From Dendrobates tinctorius (taxonomy: Eukaryota), in NCBI RefSeq assembly GCF_039654945.1, contig NW_027361693.1, positions 10,230,001 to 10,294,000 on the forward strand: DNA of 64,000 bases, in the 5' to 3' direction. The first letter of the stretch is position 1, and each line of letters starts with the position of its first letter. The notes under the pieces are model-generated. The model was not told the DNA's origin, searched no databases, and saw only the letters and a list, made by a program, of their open reading frames with translations. Positions 25,583-38,553 of this stretch are shown piece by piece. Made by a program: the position numbers and the translations under genes.

Positions 25583-27209
25583 CAGTCATATGTAAAAGTT
25601 TGGGCACCCCTATTAATGTTAACCTTTTTTCTTTATAACAATTTTGGTTTTTGCAACAGCTATTTCAGTTTCATATAACTGATGGACTCAGTTATATTTC
25701 TGGATTCAAATGAGGTTTATTGTACTAACAGAAAATGTGCAATCTGCATTTAAACAAAATTTGACCGGTGCAAAAGTATGGGCACCCTTATCATTTTCTT
25801 GATTTGAACACTCCTAACTACTTTTTACTGACTTCCTGAAGCACTAAATTGGTTTTGTAACCTCATTGAGCTTTGAACTTCATAGCCAGGTGTATCAAAT
25901 CATAAGAAAAGGTATTTAAGGTGGCCACTTGCAAGTAGTTCTTTTATTTGATTCTCCTATGAAGAGTGGCATCATGGGCTCCTCAAAACAACTCTCAAAT
26001 GATCTGAAAACAAAGATTATTCAACATAGCTTTTCAGGAGAAGGATACAAAAAGTTGTCTCAGAGATTTCACCTGTCAGTTTCCACTGTGAGGAACATAG
26101 TAAGGAAATGGAAGAACACAGGTACAGTTCTTGTTAAGCCCAGAAGTGGCAGGCCAAGAAAAATATCAGAAAGGCAGAGAAGAAGAATGGTGAGAACAGT
26201 CAAGGACAATCCACAGACCACCTCCAAAGACCTGCAGCATCATCTTGCTGCAGATGGTGTCACTGTGCATTGGTCAACAATACAGCGCACTTTGCACAAG
26301 GAAAGTATGGGAGAGTGATGCAAAAGAAGCCGTTTCTGCAAGCACGCCACAAACAGAGTCGCCTGAGGTATGCAAAAGCACATTTTGACAAGCCAGTTAC
26401 ATTTTGGAAGAAGGTCCTGTGGACTGATGAAACAAAGATTGAGTTGTTTGGTCATTCAAAAAGGCGTTATGCATGGAGGCTAAAAAACACAGTATTCCAA
26501 GAAAAACACTTGCTACCCACAGTAAAATTTGGTGGAGGTTCCATCATGCTTTGGGGCTGTGTGGCCAATGCTGGCACCGGGAATCTTGTTAAAGTTGAGG
26601 GTCGCATGGATTCAACTCAGTATCAGCAGATTCTTGACAAATAATGTGACGAAGTTGAAGTTACGCAGGGGATGGATATTTCAGCAAGACAATGATCCAA
26701 AACACCGCTCCAAATCTACTCAGGCATTCATGCAGAGGAACAATTACAATGTTCTGGAATGGCCATCCCAGTCCCCAGACCTAAATATCATTGAACATCT
26801 GTGGGATAATTTGAAGCGGGCTGTCCATGCTCGGCAACCATCAAACTTAACTGAACTGGAATTGTTTTGTAAACAGGAAAGGTCACAAATACCTTCATCC
26901 AGGATCCAGGAACTCATTAATAGCTACAGGAAGTGACTAGAGGCTGTTATTTTTGCAAAAGGAAGATCTACGAAATATTAATGTAACTTTTATGTTGAGG
27001 TGCCCATACTTTTGCACCGGTCAAATTTTGTTAAAATGCAGATTACACATTTTCTGTTAGTACAATAAACCTCATTTGAATCCAGAAATATAACTGAGTC
27101 CATCAGTTATTAGATATATGAAACTGAAATAGCTGTTGCAAAAACCAAAATTGTTATAAAGAAAAAAGGTTAACATTAATAGGGGTGCCCAAACTTTTAC
27201 ATATGACTG
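25583..27209 (+). mobile_element. Tc1 element with long (~210-bp) TIRs; frameshifted transposase 25974-26981
   Basis: cagtcatatgtaaaagtttgggcacccc inverted ends with TA flanks; [29 protein letters not shown]. Confidence 0.93.
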
Positions 27210-27929
27210 TATATATTATAGGGTACAATTGAAATCTCCGTAAACATAGTTCCGTAGTCAGTCTCAGACACTTACTCAGTATGGATTTGACCGTTATACT
27301 AAATGTCGAACAAAGGTACTGTATAACAAGATACAAGCTGTATCGAAAATAGGGTAAAAATTGGTATCTCCGATTCACCGTATATATACAAGGCGTAAAC
27401 CACACATGCTCACTCACTATGGATGACACCGTAATACAACATTTGGAACAAAGGTACTGTATCAGCACATACCAGGTGTATCTAGTCTAGGGGTAATTGT
27501 AAATTTTTGTCTATACTTCCGGAGTCAGACACAGACACTCACAGGCTCAGTATGTATTACACCACAATTTAACAAGAAGAAAAAGGGAATCGAAGCATAC
27601 AACAGTATACAGTGTTGTAGTACTTTTAAAACTTCGTATATATTTCAATCTCAGTAAGCCAGTCCAGACTCTCAGCTACTGGAAACTACATGGATACAAG
27701 TACAGATGGAAAGTCGAGTGTTAGCAGAAATTTGTGAATTACTCATTGGGGGAAACCTCCCGGTACATGTTGCAGAGGCGATGCAGACCCTCAATTACTG
27801 TGTCTGTGGAGACAGCGAAAATGGTTCTTTGTGAAGAAAGGATTGCTTTATCGCAGTAGCGTGGATCACATCACCGTTACTCGTCTCTATCAAACTGTAA
27901 ACAGGGAGAGATGTACACATGGTCCTCAC

Positions 27930-28252
27930 TGCCTATCATGATGTGTCTGGTCATTTTGGAGTGCCAAAGACAGAAGCCACAGGCCATAGGTGATTCTATT
28001 GGATTGGCATGAAAGGAGACATTGAAAAATGGTGGCAGGAATGTCACACGTCTGTGACTATCACAACTGTGAAAGTTGATCATAAAGCACCACTGCATCC
28101 ACTTGTAAGTTGACATCCATTACAAATGGTAGCCATTGATCATCTGAAGGTAGAGGCCAGCAGGACAGGGCATAGCTACATCTTATCCATCATCAATCAA
28201 TACACAAAATTTCTAGTGGCCATCCCTGTGAAGAATTTAACTGCCCAGATTA
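27930..28252 (+). pseudogene. Gypsy integrase fragment
   Basis: Remnants AYHDVSGHFG, FYWIGMKGDIEKW, HPLQMVAIDHLKVE, YTKFLVAIPVKNLTA. Confidence 0.7.
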
Positions 28253-31027
28253 CACAGCAGTGGAGCAGGAAGAGGTAAGTATTGCAACTTGCAAGTGCTG
28301 TGGCCATGACCAAGCAGGGGGGGCACACTCGTGGTTGATGGTACTGGCACAGGGCCCCTCATAGTATGCTGGTGTGTCTGATGGTGAGTGGGCCCCCCCA
28401 CCATCAGAGACACTGTATTGTTCTATGAGGGGCCCTGTGCCAGTGCCATCGGCCATCTGTGGGCCCATCCACCTGTTCAGAACAATGGCACTTGCCCGGG
28501 TGTGCCAGGTGTTGACCCCAGCCATTGGGGGGGTGGGCAGCCCACTTAGGGAGGTTTAAAAAATGGCATATGTTGATTTGTTGGCTGGACATTCAGCTGC
28601 TGCAAAGGGCGGAATTGGGCAAGTCCGAGGAAGAGGAGGACAAAAGCGAGACAGTTTTCTGGGAACCTATGTGTCATCAGGGGAAGGTGGGACAAAATCC
28701 TTTGCAACCCATGCATGGTTCATTTTAATGAAGGTTAGATCATCAACATTTTGGGTAGACAGACGGGTCCTTTTTTCTGTCAGGATTGATCCAGCAGCAC
28801 TGAAGACTCTTTTTAGATAACACACTAGCAGCAGGGCAAGCGAGATCCTGTAAGGCATAGTGTGCCAATTCAGGCCAGGTGTCCAGTTTAGAGGCCCAAT
28901 AGTCAAAGGGGAATGACTTGTGAGGGAGAACATCGATATGGGAGGAGAAGTAGTTTGTAACCATATTTGACAACTGTTGTCTCCTGTCACTTTTAATCGA
29001 TGCAATATTAGCAGTCGTGTGAGCTGTACTTGAGAAATCATTCCACAACATGGTCATTAAACCCCTGTCTCCAATGCCACTTCAGCTGTGTGCACCACCA
29101 AAACCTCTTCCATTGTGCCCACTACGGCTCTTGGGAGAAACCACCGCTGCTGTGTGCTGGGAAAGCCTCAAACAACCTGTTTACCAGAGTTGCTTGTTTG
29201 TTAGCCAATATTATCTCTAGGTTCTCCTGTGGCATGATGTTGTGTAATTTGCCTTTGTAGTATGGATTGAGGATGCTGGCAAGCCAGTAGTTGTCATCTC
29301 TCATCATTTTGGAAATGCTGGGGTCCCTTTATAGGATCCGCAAGGCATAATCGCACATGTGGGCCAATGTTCCAGGTTTCAATGATGCACTGCCAGTGGT
29401 GGGTGGAGGAGCACTTTCTGGCAAATCCACATCCCTACAGTCATGCACAAACACTGTACCTGACCTTGGAACGCCAACATTTTCTCTTGCCCCCTGAGAA
29501 GCATCCTCCTGCCCCAAATAATCATCCCCCTCATCCTCCTCCTCCTCCTCTTCCTCTTCTTCCTCCACCTCGTCCAGGACAGTTCCCTGACCAGACAATG
29601 GCTGACTGTCATCAAGGCTTCCCTACTCCTCCTCTGCAGACACCTGATCCTTAATGTGCATCAAACTTTGCATGAGCAGACACATAAGTGGGATGCTCAT
29701 GCTTATGATGGCATCGTCTGCGCTTACCAGCTGTGTGCATTCCTCAAAACACTGAAGGACTTTACAGAGGTCTTTCAGCTTTGACCACTGCACACCCGAC
29801 AATTCCATGTCTTCCCTCAAACTGCCTGCCCGTGTATCCTCCCACAAATGCATTACAGCCTGCCTCTGTTCGCACAGCCTCTCAACCATGTGCAGTGTGG
29901 AGTTCCACCTTGTTGCAACGTCTATGATTAGGCGGTGCTTGGGGAGGTGGAGCAATCGCTGCAGCTTCTGCATACGAATGGAGTGTACGGCTGAGCGACG
30001 GATGTGCGAGCACAGTCTTTGCACCTTATGAAGCAGGGATGTTAACTAGGATAATTATTAAGGAAGCACTGCACCACCAGGTTCAAAGTGTGAGCCAGGC
30101 AAGGTATGTGTGTGAGTTTTACATGGGCTATGGCTGCCACAAAATTACGGCCGTTATCACTGACTACCTTGCCTGCCTCAAGATGTAGACTGCCCAGCCA
30201 TGACTCTGTCGCTGCAAGTAGTCGGCCAGTACTTCCGCAATGTGTCATTTTAACACAGCCTGCTGACGCTTACCACTAGCTGTTCCATAATAGGACACCT
30301 CGTGTGCAACACTGCCAGCTGCGGATGGAGTGCTCATGCGACTGCGCTCTGTGGATGAGCTTTTGCTGATAGAGTAGTAGGAGGAGGATCGAAAGCCTGC
30401 AGCCAACTGTTTCCTATACCGTGGGCTAGGCAGCACTGTTCCACCGCCGCTATCCCCAGTGGAGCATGCATCCACCATATTAACCCAGTCTGCAGTGATG
30501 GACACGTAACGGCCCTGGCCATGCCTACTGGTCCATGCATATGTTGTGAGGTGCACCTTTCCACTCACTGACGGTTTTAGTGCATGGACAATGCGGTCTT
30601 TCTCATGCCGGTGGAGTGCAGGGATGGCTTTTCGAGAAAAGAAGTCCCGACTGGGTACGTCATAGTGTGGGACAGCGTAGGCCATGAGGTCGCGGAAAGC
30701 TTCCCTTTCAACCAAACGGTAGGGCATCATCTCTAATGAGATTAGTTTGGCAATGTAGGCATTCAAACAAAGTGTACGTGGATTAGAGGATGAGTACTTT
30801 CTTGTCCTACTCAGAGTCTGGTAGGGTGAGCTGGACTGGAAAGCTGCATATGGGGGAAGTAGGGGTGGAACGGACGGAGTGAGAGGGGGTTGGTGATGGT
30901 ATTGGTGGTAATGGCCTAGATTCAGTGTTGTGTTGCAAAACCATTGTGATTCCCTGAGTGCTTTGGCCTTGCGACAACACCTCCACATTTAGTGCTGGTG
31001 GTGTGCTTAATGCTGGCGGTGGTCTTA

Positions 31028-31842
31028 GGCTACTTTCACACTTGCTTTTTTTTGCAGCGCGTTTTTCCTGCAAAAAAACGCATGGAAAAAACGCATACAA
31101 ACGCATACAAATGTTGCGTTTTTTTCAAGCATTTTTATGAGCATGCATGAAAAAAATGCAGCGTTTTTATGCGTTTGTATGCATTTTTAGTGCGTTTTTA
31201 CCGCGTTTGCGTTTTTTTCTAACATTAGTTGGCCCCTCACACTAACCCAAATCATGACTTTACTAACCCTAACCCTTAACCAAACCATACCCTAACCCTA
31301 ACCCTAACCCTGACCCTGACCCTAACCCTAACCCTGACCCTAACCCTTAACCAAACCATACTAACCCTAACCTTAACCCTAACCCTAACCTTAAACCCTA
31401 ACTAACCCTAAACCCTAACCCTTAACCAAACCATACTAACCCTAACCCAAACCCTAACCCTAACCCTAACTATAACCCAAACCCCTAAATTCCATTGTCT
31501 AACTAATGGTCAACAAAAAAACGCATGCGCAAAAAAACGCATACATGAGCATGGCAATGCGCACATATGCGCACCCATAGGCTTATAATGGGTGTCTTGC
31601 TGTAAAAAAACGCATTGCGCGCGCATGCGTTTTTTTGAGGCAAGTCGGACGCCCAAAGAATGCAACAGGATGCATTTTGTGCGTCCGAGCGCACACCACA
31701 AAAAAACGCATGCGCGGAAAAACGCATAAAAACGCATGTGTATGCGCACATAAGCGCATCCCATGCAAAATATAGGAAAAAAAATGCATGCCTTTTTTAG
31801 CGCTAAAATCCAGCGCAAAAAAACGCAAGTGTGAAACCAGAC
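31028..31842. mobile_element. Non-autonomous Harbinger-type element carrying a telomeric-repeat array (copy 1)
   Basis: Ends ggctactttcacacttgc / gcaagtgtgaaaccagac; TTA TSD at 31025-31027 and 31843-31845; removal restores hAT frame ...SPTVRPPP... Confidence 0.9.
31263..31489 (-). repeat. Interstitial telomere-like array (CCCTAA/CCCTGA with spacer)
   Basis: Directly visible. Confidence 0.95.
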
Positions 31843-33199
31843 TTACAGTGGGGGAAGCGATGGAGCATTTCTGGCTACCTTCTGTTAGAGCAGGTGCACA
31901 CGTGCTACCTGAGGTTTTGTAGCCAATCCATGCTTGCAAGTGCATGCTTATTAAATGTCTAATCATGCAACTGGTGTTCAAATTTCTGAGTTGTTTACCT
32001 CGGCTAAAGGTCCTTCCACAGTTCTTACAGGTAACCTTTGCCTCATCAGTAGGATTTTGGACAAAGACGTGCCACACTGCAGTCTTCCTACTATGGAATA
32101 CATTTTCTGGCCTTGCACGCTGTGCTAAGTTGACCATCTGGCCAATCTGTCCTGCAACACTTTTAGTTTTTGGTCCACGTTTTTGGACAGCTACGGACCT
32201 GCCAGAAAACCGCTGCTGTGATGTCAATGCCTGCTGTGTGTGGATCCTTCTCCTTATCTGAACTATTGCCAGCGCCACCCTCCTCCCCCAATGGATGCCA
32301 ATCCGGTTCAAGAACTGGGTCATCCATCACCTCCTCTTCAAAGTCATCTGCACCTTCCTCTTTACCTTCCTCTGTATCACCGTGTAAGGTGGTATAGTAT
32401 GCAGGAAGCGGCACCTGAGTTTCATCAGGGTCAGATTCAGGCTCAATAGACTGCGAGGGCAAGGCAGTGCTCTGGGTCGATATACCAGCAGAATCATCTA
32501 GCAGTGGCTGTGCATCAGTGCACTCCATGTCAGATTTCATCTTGTACTGGGGAATTCTGGATTTGACTTTATAACCCAGGCATGGTATGTGAAAAGAGCT
32601 CCATAGAGTAATCTGAAGTGTGGGCTGCCGCATCCATAACTTTTGGTGGGGGTGAAGGACACAAGGAAAGGTGTTTTCCCTGACCAGAACTCTACACTGA
32701 CGACTTCGTGCTTGCAGGTTTCGAACGTTCAGAGCTGGTGGCTGTTTCGGCAATGTATGCCAAAACCTGTTCCTGATGCTCCGGCTTTAAAAGCAGTTTT
32801 CCTACTCCAAGAAAAGGCAACCTTACAGGCTTTCTTGGGCCAAAGGATAACTTAAGCTCAACACCTCCTGCCTTAGCTGCTATTGTGCTTTTACCAGAAC
32901 CAACCGATGCACCACCACCATCAGTACCAGCTGCGCCCCCCTGTCCACATCTGTGGACTCTACCACCATACTTCCTCATGTTTGGGAAAATGTACAAAAA
33001 ATGCTAGCAGAGAGATGGTACTGTATGAGGAGCGTCCAGCTTGTAAGGTGTATCAAAAAAAATTAAATCTACGTATATATTTTGTTAGTCACAGATGCTC
33101 TCACAGAAAGTATTGGACCGTAATCCAACAAGCAGATATACGGAACTGTATCAGAAGTGTACAGCTGTATACGTTTTTTGTGTAACTAACAATCTCCGT

Positions 33200-34590
33200 A
33201 TATGTATTTACGGAGTGTCACACACACGCTGACTCTGTATAGATATGACTGTAATGTGAACGGCAGATATACAATACTGTTTGAGAATCAGACAGTTCTA
33301 TATGGTGTGTGTATTGAAAATTGTCAATCTCCGTCTATTTGTATAGGGACTGACACACGCTGTCTCTGTCTAGTTTTGACTGTTATCAAACAGCAGACAT
33401 ACGAAACTGTTTGAAAAGCGGACAGCACTCATTCTAAGGTGTAGGTCTGGAGAAATGGAAAAACTCCGCTGCTTTTTTTTCCAGAGTCACACACAGATAG
33501 CTTCTATTTGTCCATGATACAAGACAGTACATGGTAATGTGTGAGGAGCGTACACCGCTATACGGTGTGTCTATGGAAAATTGTCAATCTCCGTCTGTTT
33601 GTATAGGGACTGACACACGCTGTCTCTGTCTAGTTTTGATCGTAATCAAACAGCAGATATATGAAACTGTTTGAAAAGCGGACAGCACTCTAAGGTGTAG
33701 GTCTGGTAAAACGGAAAAACTCCTCGGCTTTTTTTTCCAGAGTAACACAAAGATAGCTTCTATTTGGCCGTGATACCAGCCGGTACACGGTACTGTGTGA
33801 GGATCGTACACTGCTATACGGTGTCTGTATGGAAAATTGTCAATCTCCGTCTATTTCTATAGGGACTGACACACGCTGTCTCTGACTAGTTTTCACCATA
33901 ATCAAACAGCAGATATATGAAACTGTTTGAAAAGCTGACAGCACTCTAAGGTTTAGGTCTGGAAAAATGGAAAAACTCCTCGGCTTTTTCTACCAGAGTA
34001 ACACACAGATACAGTAGCTTCTATTTGTCCGTGATACCAGCCAGTACACGGTAATCTGTGAGTATGGTACACTGCTATACGGTGTCTGTATGGAAAATTG
34101 TCAATCTTCGTTTATTTCTATAGTGACTGACACATTCTGTCTCTGTCTAATTTTCACTGTAATCAAACAGCAGTTCTACGAAACTGTTTGAAAAGTGAAC
34201 AGCACTCTAAGGTGTAGGTCTGGAAAAATTGAAAAACTCCTCGGCTTTTTTTTCCAGAGTAACTCACAGATAGTTTCTATTTGTCCGTGATACCAGCTGG
34301 TACACGGTAGTGTTTGAAGATCGTACACCGCTATACGGTGTCTGTATGGAAAATTGTCTATCTCCGGCTATTTGTATAGGGACTGACACACGCTGTCTCT
34401 GTCTAGTTTTCACCGTAGTCAAACAGCAGATATACGAAACTGTTTGAAAAGCTGACAGCACTCTAAGGTGTAGGTCTGAAAAAACGGACAAACTCCTTGG
34501 CTTTTTGTTCCAGAGTCACACCCAGATAGCTTCTATTCGTCCATAATACCAGCCGGTACACGGTAGTGTGTGAGGAGCGTACACCGCTAT
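33200..34590. repeat. ~258-bp tandem repeat, about 5 copies, upstream of the hAT transposase
   Basis: gaaaattgtcaatctccgtc-like anchor at ~33317, 33576, 33832, 34093, 34349. Confidence 0.9.
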
Positions 34591-35418
34591 CTGTGAAAAA
34601 ATGAACGCTCAGTAACTCACCAGTACAAAATAATAAAAGTTGGAGTGCTTTGAAAAAAGAAGTTTGAACACCAGTGTGCACACAGCAATGCAGCAATGCA
34701 GACTAATCACCACCAGCGCTGGTGCACAAAAGCAAAAATCCTCCCCTTTCACTGCACACTAACTGTACAGTGAAAAGCGCTATCAGCAGAAGCATTTTTT
34801 TTTCTTCTTCCCTGCCTAACGCTCTCACTATTCAGAATCAGCAGCAGCACCTCTCCCTATGCTAAGATCGGCAGAAGTAAGATGGTGGTTGGTAGTCACA
34901 GCCTTTTATACCCACTGTGACGCCACACAAAGCCAGCCAATCACTTCAATGCCCTTTTCTAAGATGGTGCTGGCCGCTGCCTATGCCATCGCGTTATCCA
35001 CAGTGTGCGTCCTCCATCATTGGCTGAAAAAAGGCGCTGGAAGCATCATTTGAAACGAGACTTTGGCGCTCGGGTCGTCGACATCATGGCCGACCTCACG
35101 CTATGGTCGAGTTTCGTTTCCTGAAACCCGACTTTGGCGAAAGTCGGCAATTTTTGAAATTGACCGACCCGTTTCGCTCAACTCTAACTTCAACAAATTA
35201 AATTATCTTTTCCAGTCTACATTTTGTGATTTCAGGGAGAATTCTGGTCATATGCATTAGATTGCTGACTGGTTGAAAGTGTGGCAACAATGTACAGTAA
35301 TTTGTAGTAATACACCTAAATATTGGTTTAAATGAGATCCTAATAATTGTACAAATTGGATTTTTCATCTAATTATTTTGACATTAATTTATTCTATGAC
35401 ATCAACATACCCAGCTTA

Positions 35419-35893
35419 GGCTGGTTTCACACTGGCTTTTTTTAGCGCTGCGCTTCGTGCGCATCCATGTGCATGCGTCCAGTCCTGCGCCCCAATCTTT
35501 AACATGGGGGGCACATGGTCTAGCGCATGCACGCGTTTGTTTGTGCTTTCATGCGCATGCATTTTTTTTGTGGTGTGCGCCTAGGCACGCCGGACACAAC
35601 CTGTTGCATTTTTGGTCCGTCCGACCTGTCTGAAAAAAACGCATGTGCACGCTTGCGCACGGAATGCGCAAAAAAAAATCACATTACAGTCTATGGGAAT
35701 GCAGGCTTGCGCATGTCCATGCGCACACCTGCATTTAAAATCACATGCATTTTAAGAGATAACATGGCTAGAAACTGGTTAAAACACATGCGCCTAAAAA
35801 AGCAAACGCATACAAGACGCATGATGCATTTTTTGCATGTGATTCCATTGTGCACGAAGCGAAGTGCTAAAAAGCGCTAGTGTGAAACTAGCC
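35419..35893. mobile_element. Harbinger-type MITE related to the telomere-carrying family but lacking the array
   Basis: ggctggtttcacact / agtgtgaaactagcc, TTA TSD both sides, aaaaacgca/tgcgcat motifs. Confidence 0.85.
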
Positions 35894-36164
35894 TTACATA
35901 GCTAATATTACGTATGTACTGTGAAGCAAGGTAAAGAGTACGTGGCCGCAGTCCAGGCAGGATCCCTCATCAAATGGGTAATTAACCTTTTACTATCCAC
36001 AATTTTGTTACATGTATAGCGTGCACCAGAAACATACTTTACATTTCACAATATACTCCACATCACAGCATTTCCGCTAGTTTGCTCCTTTGCCATAATC
36101 TGGTACAGGCTAATAAATGAAACCTCTCCTACTGTATCCTCATCTACCCTCTACTACTATAACC

Positions 36165-36330
36165 TCACCCATCCCTGTAGACTGTGAGCCCCCACGGGCA
36201 GGGTCCTCTCTCCTTCTGTACTTGTGTGTCCCTTGTCTTACACATGTTTATTATACTTGTCTATATTTCCCCTTTTCACATGTAAAGTGCCATGGAATAA
36301 ATGGCGCTATATAAATGCATAATAATAATG
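36165..36330 (+). mobile_element. L2-type 3' tail fragment
   Basis: tgtagactgtgagcccc...gggcagggtcctctct...catggaataaatggcgctat...aataataat, as at 12040-12205. Confidence 0.75.
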
Positions 36331-36809
36331 GAACAATCGGACATAAGAATGCTAACTAATGCTGGTGTCTCTTGTGTATTTTGATAAAATTCATTGGTGG
36401 TTCTCATCATTACTATTATGTAATCCTGACCAGGCCTCATGCCACTGTTCATTCATTTCACCTATGGATCAAAACCTTTTGTACCGATATAAATGTTCAT
36501 ATTGTATATGTTTGTTATTGGTAACTTTCTTGGAATAATAAAATCTTTATAATATTTGTATATCATGACTCAGGTTCTCCTTTAAAAATAACTTATTAAG
36601 AGTCTATAACTAGATGGGTACAGTGCTAACTTGGAACTGGTATTTTGTCTTTATATTATAATATGGCTATACATTTCAAACTATCAATTTAAACAAATGG
36701 ATATTCCAAATTAATGACCAAAATTTTCATATTGAATTAACAAGTATACCAGACAATTACATTTGGTTACCTATAGACTATTTGTAAAATAAAGGGATAT
36801 GTTGCTTAC

Positions 36810-37104
36810 CAATATCCGACATTTCTGGAACTGTGACAACATAAGGTCCATCAGGAAACTCAGGAGCATTGTCATTAATATCTTGAACTTTAATAATAAA
36901 TTCAGATTCTGGTTCGAGAGGCCTGTTGGTTCTTCTGTCAATAGCTTGTGCATGTAGAACATAATGTGACTTTTGTTCACGGTCTAGACTTTTTGTTGCA
37001 TGAATGTCCCCTGTTGTGTCATCGATGACAAATATTGTCCCAGCTCCTTCCCCAGTTAATATATATTTCACAGAACCATCACCTTTGTCCGAATTTGAGT
37101 GCAA
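36810..37104 (-). CDS. cdh18: Internal 295-bp exon of a type II classical cadherin (cadherin-18), EC1 to start of EC2
   Basis: [99 protein letters not shown]; LDRE and DINDN calcium motifs; ttacag acceptor and gtaagc donor; LHSNSDKG and KSLDREQK are as I recall for CDH18. Confidence 0.9.
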
Positions 37105-37950
37105 CTGTAAGAGAAATACATAAAAAGATTTAACAGTGGGAATGTAGTGTGTGATAGCAGCACATGCATATATATTCCATAAATAAAAATGAAAATCAAT
37201 CTTAAAAATGTATTCCCAAATAAAATGCAAGATATTCCCCATTCTTTGGATAGAGGATAACTTGCTGATCACTGGGCACTCAGCAGTCCCATAGACAATA
37301 AAGGAAGTGACAGGCAAGCATGGCACCTTTGCAGCAGGAGGAGCCCAATTCATGGAGTTATAAATCTCTGATATTGGGATTGCTGTAACTCACAGCAATC
37401 AAACTCTCTGAGATCACCATGTTATCCCCACAGAAAGCGTATCCTTTTTCTATTTTTGAATTTCATTTTTTTCTATTTTTTTAATATGTTTTTTAGATCT
37501 TTAAGGAGACAAATAATGTAGGCTGGAAACACAATTTCTTCTATGTCTTGAATTGTGAATTGCCCCTTATTTCTATAGAAGCACCAAAACAGTTTAATTT
37601 CAGTACTCCCATAAATATTCAAAAGTGCTTTAGCATCTCAGTAGTTGTTGCTTATGTTTCTCAACCGAGGTGAAAAAAGTCTTTAGTAATAACACTTTTA
37701 GAAGAGAGTTCTTGCTTGTTCTAACTACTTTAGTCTAGTTCCAAGACCATTGTCCTACTAAGTTCAACCACCACCAAACCTTGAAAAAATAACTAAGTAA
37801 AAAGCTTAAAAAGAACCATTCATCAATATTTTATACCCCAAGGTGTATTAATGCTAATTAAATACTAGACTTTCTTGTATAAATTTTGCTTGGCTTGTAT
37901 AGAAAATTTCATAGTTTAATTTGTATGCTTGCATGCTTCCTGCATCCCTC

Positions 37951-38517
37951 TGTAAGTCAGAATGGAGGGAGACAACGGGCAAGGAATGGGTAGAGTAGAC
38001 GCAGAGCAGTTAGCACAGCTAGGATAGGGTTAAATCCAACCCTAGTATTACTAATTAGGCGCACATGGCTAGCTATGACTTAAACCAGGCAATATGTTTA
38101 CTGGTCGGTCAGCTGGGTGAGGTAAGAAGAGTGGGTTGTGTTGGCGCTTTAGAGAAACAAGTAGGAATCTCTCTGAGAGGAGACTGAACAGGTCGTGTGC
38201 ATCAAACTGCAAGTATCACAGGTTGATATGGACCAATACCATTGTTTGTGACTGAAGTGGAACTAGCTTAGCCATTTCTGAGTTACCAGGGAATGTGGTC
38301 CATTGAGCTTGAAGCAGAACCTAAATTGCTATCTAGGTAAGACCCCACTATTGCTTTGCCTTCATTGGAAAAGGATTGTGAATTTTGTTATTACTTTTGT
38401 GCTGGGAAAAGATTCTTTGCAAGTTTATGGAGATCAATAAACCTCACACTGCTTGGACACAAGAAAACGGTGGCTGTGTGAATTCTAGTGCTTACCCGAG
38501 ACTGTGAATCCCTAATA
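37951..38517 (+). mobile_element. Possible degenerate solo LTR
   Basis: Starts TGTAAG, AATAAA near 38436, eroded end; no TSD found. Confidence 0.3.
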
Positions 38518-38553
38518 TATATATTCTGCACAAAAAAATAAAGGGAACACTTA

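Larger units (their letters stand above)
28667..32979 (-). pseudogene. hAT (Ac/ZBED-like) transposase, disrupted
   Basis: BED finger AVWHVF...CKNC...MIRHLISMH; HLTTYAWTS (catalytic D apparently replaced by Y), VVSDNGRN, CLAHTLNLVV, DVATRWNST, RVFSAAG, dimerization motif DLTFIKMN; many frameshifts; split by MITE at 31028-31842. Confidence 0.9.
23889..35186 (-). mobile_element. Large hAT element (~11.3 kb) with nested insertions
   Basis: TIRs tagagatgagtga / tcgctcaactcta with gtcg/cgac-rich subtermini; 8-bp TSD actacaac vs acttcaac (7/8); internal hAT transposase remnant. Confidence 0.85.

Noticed and set aside
36778-37353. 191-aa standalone cadherin ORF
   Set aside because: Only 36810-37104 is cadherin-like and bounded by splice sites; the rest is intron read-through.
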